From: a virus | Strand: one strand, 5' to 3' | IMG/VR virus record: IMGVR_UViG_3300030250_000026 | DNA: 54,237 bases | Part shown: positions 50,759 to 54,237 of the stretch, one piece after another | Numbering within the stretch: position 1 is the first letter of the stretch | Layout of the letters: each line of letters opens with the position of its first letter | Notes under the pieces: generated by a model | Seen by the model: the letters and a program-made list of their open reading frames with translations, nothing else | Databases searched by the model: none | Told to the model about the DNA's origin: nothing | Position numbers and translations under genes: made by a program

Positions 50759-51365
50759 TGAGAATGCTGTGAAGATGGTTTATGGGCCTTATGGCTGGGT
50801 GATAGGTCCGGCAGACAAGGTGGCTGGGTATGGCAAGTGTTGTTGTGGCTCGGTGAGAGATGGTGGGAGCAGACGTGTGACGTTGTTGTTTGACCGTGAG
50901 GCGTTGTTGTATGACATTGCGAATGTGGCGTATGTGGAGGGTGATGTGATGCAGACTGATAATGCGCATGACCGCCACCAGGTGATGGATATAGCTGAGC
51001 AGGGTAATGTGGACAGGGTGACGCGTGTGCTTGACCTTGCGCATTCGGAGTGTGTTGAGGCTCTTTATCCGTTTACTAAGGTGGAGTGTGATGATGGTGC
51101 GGAGCTTGATGATTTGTTTGGTGAGTGTGCGTCGTATGTTATAGTGCTGATGGTTCCGGAGAGGTTTTCGGGGACTACTGCGAGGTTGCTTGAGCAGTTG
51201 ATACATGAGTATATGGTGGCTATGGTGTTGGCTGACTGGCTTGGGATAACGTGCCCTGCTGCGGCTGAGAAGTGGGCTGTGAAGGCTCAGGGTGCGCTTG
51301 ATGAGGTGAAACGTAAGTTGCATTGGCGCATGGGCGTGCTGACGCGCCCGTTGCGTCCGTTTTAA
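50751..51365 (+). CDS. Paralogue 3 of the three-member family
   Basis: ATG at 50751 overlaps the upstream stop (ATGAGTAG). LLEQLIHEYMVAMVLADWLGITCPAAAEKWAVKAQGALDEVKRKL. Confidence 0.45.
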   Translation: MSSENAVKMVYGPYGWVIGPADKVAGYGKCCCGSVRDGGSRRVTLLFDREALLYDIANVAYVEGDVMQTDNAHDRHQVMDIAEQGNVDRVTRVLDLAHSECVEALYPFTKVECDDGAELDDLFGECASYVIVLMVPERFSGTTARLLEQLIHEYMVAMVLADWLGITCPAAAEKWAVKAQGALDEVKRKLHWRMGVLTRPLRPF

Positions 51366-51379
51366 TTGTGTGTGGTGTT

Positions 51380-51688
51380 ATGGCGAGAGGTTATAAGACT
51401 GGTGGCAGGGTGAAGGGTACGCCGAACAAGCCTAAGCCTTACAAGCAGTTGATATATGGTTGTATTTCGGCTGGTGTGGGTGATTACTTTGAGAGTGGTT
51501 TGTTTGACAAGGATTTGCTTGCTCTTGACGCTAAGGACCGTATTTTGGTGATGGAGAAGCTTACCCAGTATGTTGTGCCGAAGCAGCAGAGCCAGAAGGT
51601 TGATGTGCAGGCGTCGGCGGAGGTGTCGGAGTCGTTGTCGGAGAAGTTGTCTGCGATGGCTATGGAGTATGAGTCAAAAGATGAGTAG
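51380..51688 (+). CDS. Small basic DNA-binding protein (small-terminase candidate)
   Basis: ATG at 51380. N-terminus MARGYKTGGRVKGTPNKPK, 102 aa. Lies upstream of the packaging region, but is not adjacent to terL. Confidence 0.3.
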   Translation: MARGYKTGGRVKGTPNKPKPYKQLIYGCISAGVGDYFESGLFDKDLLALDAKDRILVMEKLTQYVVPKQQSQKVDVQASAEVSESLSEKLSAMAMEYESKDE

Positions 51689-51694
51689 TGTGAT

Positions 51695-54237
51695 ATGGAG
51701 CAGAGAATAGAGTATAAGGGTATGACTTCGCAACCATCGGACTATGCGTGCGGTGATGGCGAGATGAAGCTTGCAGTGAATGCTGAGTATAGAGATGGTG
51801 GGTATCATGCTGTGAGGGTGCCGAAGGAGAATACTACGATTGATGGAGAGCCTATATATGTATTCCACGCGAGCGATGGCGAGAAAATATTGTATATTAA
51901 AGATGGAAGTTTGTATTATAATGATACGAGCATTACGACAATAACGAGTGTGACCGATATATGTAATATAGGTAATGTTATCGTCCTGTTGGATAATGGG
52001 AAGAAGAAATACATTAGATATATGTCGGATAATACGTTTAAGTATATAGGTGACGAAATTCCTAAAATTGAATTATCATTCAAAGCTGCTCAAGCACAAA
52101 TTGGATTTTCTACCATAGGCTTTGGTGAGGATTGGGAAGAAGGCTCAAATCTTTATGGTAGAGAAGATGTATTCTACGAGAGCAACTATCGTAATATGTT
52201 GCATGGTGTCAATACCTCATCTGGGTATACTATGCCTAAATTGAGTGCGTATACGCCATCTTTAGGAAAGGACTATCATAAGGAGACGTATCTTAAGAAA
52301 CAAGAAGCATGGGGAAAATTAGAAGAATTACTTGTGGGAGAATTGAATAAGAAGAGGACACAATATAACAAGAAGGACTATCTATTTTACCCACATTTGT
52401 TGAAATATGCCATAAAACTATATGATGGTTCATACGTTAACGTGTCAGAACCGATACCAACTTTGCTGTTAAATGATACTACGGGTATTATTTTTTCATT
52501 GGACAACGAAAACAAAATAAAGTCTTTATGGATAGAGTATACTTTGTATGATTTATGGCTGAGAGTAGAATCTGCTGATTTTTATAACGGTTTCTCGGAC
52601 ATTATAGATTCTATTGATATTTTTATGACGGAACCAATCTATACTTGCTATGACGAATTAGACTGCGATTTGTCAGATGACAGAGTGCCTGTTATCAATA
52701 AGTTGTATTTCAGACGGAAAAATATGTATGAAGGTGTGAAGAACGCAACAACATATCATAAACTATTTTCTATACCGTTTGAAAAAATAGCGTATTATAG
52801 CGTCTTTAGGAGAATGAAGAATAGTGAAGAAGGCATTTATGTGGATTATAAGGAAAAGGAAATCTTGGAAACGTCTACAACAATAGAAGCAGATTACACT
52901 ATAAGCAATATTTATTCGTACAACAATAGGTTGCTTGAGTCAAGAACGAACAAGAATAATAAATACACGATTTGTAATTCCTATTGCGGGTTAGATGTTA
53001 TAAAAAATAGTAATACGAGCTATTGTCGCGAGAATGATAGATTGATGTCTTCTGAGACTACTTTTTATAATTACAATATAAAATTGAAAAAAGATGACTG
53101 CATTCAATATTTGAAATATAAGGTTGGTGATAATGCGTATTGGAAGAAAATAGGAAATAAGCTGAATGGCAATACGCATATAATGTATGCTAAATCGTCT
53201 AAACCTATATCCTATGTCGTATTCAAAAAAAACGATTCTTCTTGGTATAGTGAGTACATATTTGATTTTGCTGAGACGTTAGATGCGAATGTGTACGTAT
53301 TAGCGAAACAAAAACTATTTGAATCGTTGAGTCCTGATGGTTTAGTTCAAGAACTACCAGAAGAATCAACACCGCCAGCAAGTACGGTTGATGATACGTT
53401 GAATTGTAGTGAGGCTAACAATCCTTTCTCTTTCAGCAATAAGAACGTTGTTGCAATTAGTGATGTAATAGCAATAAGAGCTGTGACGATGGAGACTTCA
53501 AGAGGGCAATTCGGACAATATCCCGTGTTCGTCTTTGCTAAAGATGCAACATACGCTGTCAATATAGGCAATGATGGAACGATGCAGTCTGTTGTGCCTT
53601 ACTCTTATGATATTCTTAATAATAAGCACTCTGTTGCTAATATGGGAAGGTCTGTAGTTTTTTGCTCGAAAAGAGGGGTCGTGTTATTCGATAATTCAGG
53701 CGAAAGTAAATTGTTGCTGAAATTGGACAAAACGCAAGACTATGCGTATGATAAATGCGAGAAGGAGCATCAGAAGCAGTTTGTGGAATCTTATTTAAGT
53801 GGCGACACGATGTCGTTCGGTGAAATTCCGGACTATAAAGATTTAAGCACCTATATGAATGGCGGAGCACGTTTTGCTTACGACTACTCACACGAACGTT
53901 TGATTGTGTATAATCCGCAGTACAACTATTCGTATATTATGGATTCTCAATCGGGATTTTGGAGTATTTTCAATCACGGCTTCAGTAATAATTTGTACAT
54001 AGATAATCAATGCTGCATGGCGAAAGTATCAAGTCGTAAAATTGTAACGGAAAAAACAGAAATAAAAAACGTGTATGTAAAGAAAGCAAAGAAAATATCT
54101 GAGAATGAAGCAAGAACAACGATAACTACTATTCTTACAGTAAAAACGACAAGAACCATAAAAGACAGTTCAAATGGAGAGATAATAACTGAAGTTGGAG
54201 GAAAAGAAACTACAAAAACGCATGACGAAAAAGCTGT
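51695..54237 (+). CDS. N-terminal part of the wrap-around 1,033-aa ORF (continues at 2-658). The central ~2.2 kb is AT-rich
   Basis: I translated every codon from the ATG at 51695 to 54237 and found no stop. The frame matches 2-658 through the overlap. 21/60 G+C at 52981-53040 versus 27/60 at 421-480. Confidence 0.8.
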   Translation, partial: MEQRIEYKGMTSQPSDYACGDGEMKLAVNAEYRDGGYHAVRVPKENTTIDGEPIYVFHASDGEKILYIKDGSLYYNDTSITTITSVTDICNIGNVIVLLDNGKKKYIRYMSDNTFKYIGDEIPKIELSFKAAQAQIGFSTIGFGEDWEEGSNLYGREDVFYESNYRNMLHGVNTSSGYTMPKLSAYTPSLGKDYHKETYLKKQEAWGKLEELLVGELNKKRTQYNKKDYLFYPHLLKYAIKLYDGSYVNVSEPIPTLLLNDTTGIIFSLDNENKIKSLWIEYTLYDLWLRVESADFYNGFSDIIDSIDIFMTEPIYTCYDELDCDLSDDRVPVINKLYFRRKNMYEGVKNATTYHKLFSIPFEKIAYYSVFRRMKNSEEGIYVDYKEKEILETSTTIEADYTISNIYSYNNRLLESRTNKNNKYTICNSYCGLDVIKNSNTSYCRENDRLMSSETTFYNYNIKLKKDDCIQYLKYKVGDNAYWKKIGNKLNGNTHIMYAKSSKPISYVVFKKNDSSWYSEYIFDFAETLDANVYVLAKQKLFESLSPDGLVQELPEESTPPASTVDDTLNCSEANNPFSFSNKNVVAISDVIAIRAVTMETSRGQFGQYPVFVFAKDATYAVNIGNDGTMQSVVPYSYDILNNKHSVANMGRSVVFCSKRGVVLFDNSGESKLLLKLDKTQDYAYDKCEKEHQKQFVESYLSGDTMSFGEIPDYKDLSTYMNGGARFAYDYSHERLIVYNPQYNYSYIMDSQSGFWSIFNHGFSNNLYIDNQCCMAKVSSRKIVTEKTEIKNVYVKKAKKISENEARTTITTILTVKTTRTIKDSSNGEIITEVGGKETTKTHDEKA
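54139..54237. repeat. Terminal overlap, identical to 1-99
   Basis: Same 99 bases as the window start. Confidence 0.95.

Larger units (their letters stand above)
1..54237. mobile_element. Complete temperate phage genome (circularly closed contig; unit length 54,138 bp), probably Bacteroidota-infecting
   Basis: Terminal 99-bp overlap. Full set of packaging, head, lysis, lysogeny and replication modules. Integrase plus a tRNA-derived attP. Bacteroidota-consensus promoters. Confidence 0.85.

Noticed and set aside
1-54237. Reverse transcriptase/DGR, CRISPR-Cas, transposase/IS, and classical toxin-antitoxin pairs
   Set aside because: I looked for YxDD RT motifs, DDE transposase patterns, repeat-spacer arrays and small adjacent toxin/antitoxin ORFs on both strands. 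I found none I could support.

Overview
The window is a complete, circularly closed temperate phage genome. Bases 1-99 are identical to 54139-54237, giving a unit length of 54,138 bp. Several signals point to a Bacteroidota host: TTTG-N19/20-TAnnTTTG promoters, a Bacteroides-type tyrosine integrase, and an attP that carries the 3' part of tRNA-His(GTG).

Gene order:
- Packaging and head genes (TerL, scaffold, major capsid, portal), followed by fibre-like genes.
- A lysis cassette: TM proteins, an orphan NPPY methyltransferase, a GH108 endolysin and a lipoprotein spanin candidate.
- An AT-rich accessory island holding a minus-strand GHKL-ATPase + STAS-like pair.
- A lysogeny module: integrase, attP, membrane protein, CI-like repressor, Cro-like protein.
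- A recombination/replication module: RecT-like, YqaJ-like exonuclease, VRR-NUC, initiator with internal iterons, DnaC-like loader.
- Two coiled-coil proteins and one uninterrupted 6,204-codon ORF (34% of the genome) that reads as a polyvalent multi-enzyme effector.
- A minus-strand cassette of small acidic proteins plus an RHH protein.
- Three tandem paralogues, a small DNA-binding protein, and a 1,033-aa ORF that wraps across the window ends.

The observations most worth a second look:
- The giant polyvalent ORF and its internal modular repeats.
- A five-member family of long imperfect palindromes built from AGTTGA/TCAACT blocks, each placed just after a stop codon.
- A roughly 400-nt non-coding tract with twin hairpins sharing an exact 18-mer and a tRNA/tmRNA-like 3' module.
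- The GHKL + STAS-like moron.
- A CI-like repressor whose S24 catalytic residues appear substituted.

All functional calls come from reading motifs by eye. No database search was run.
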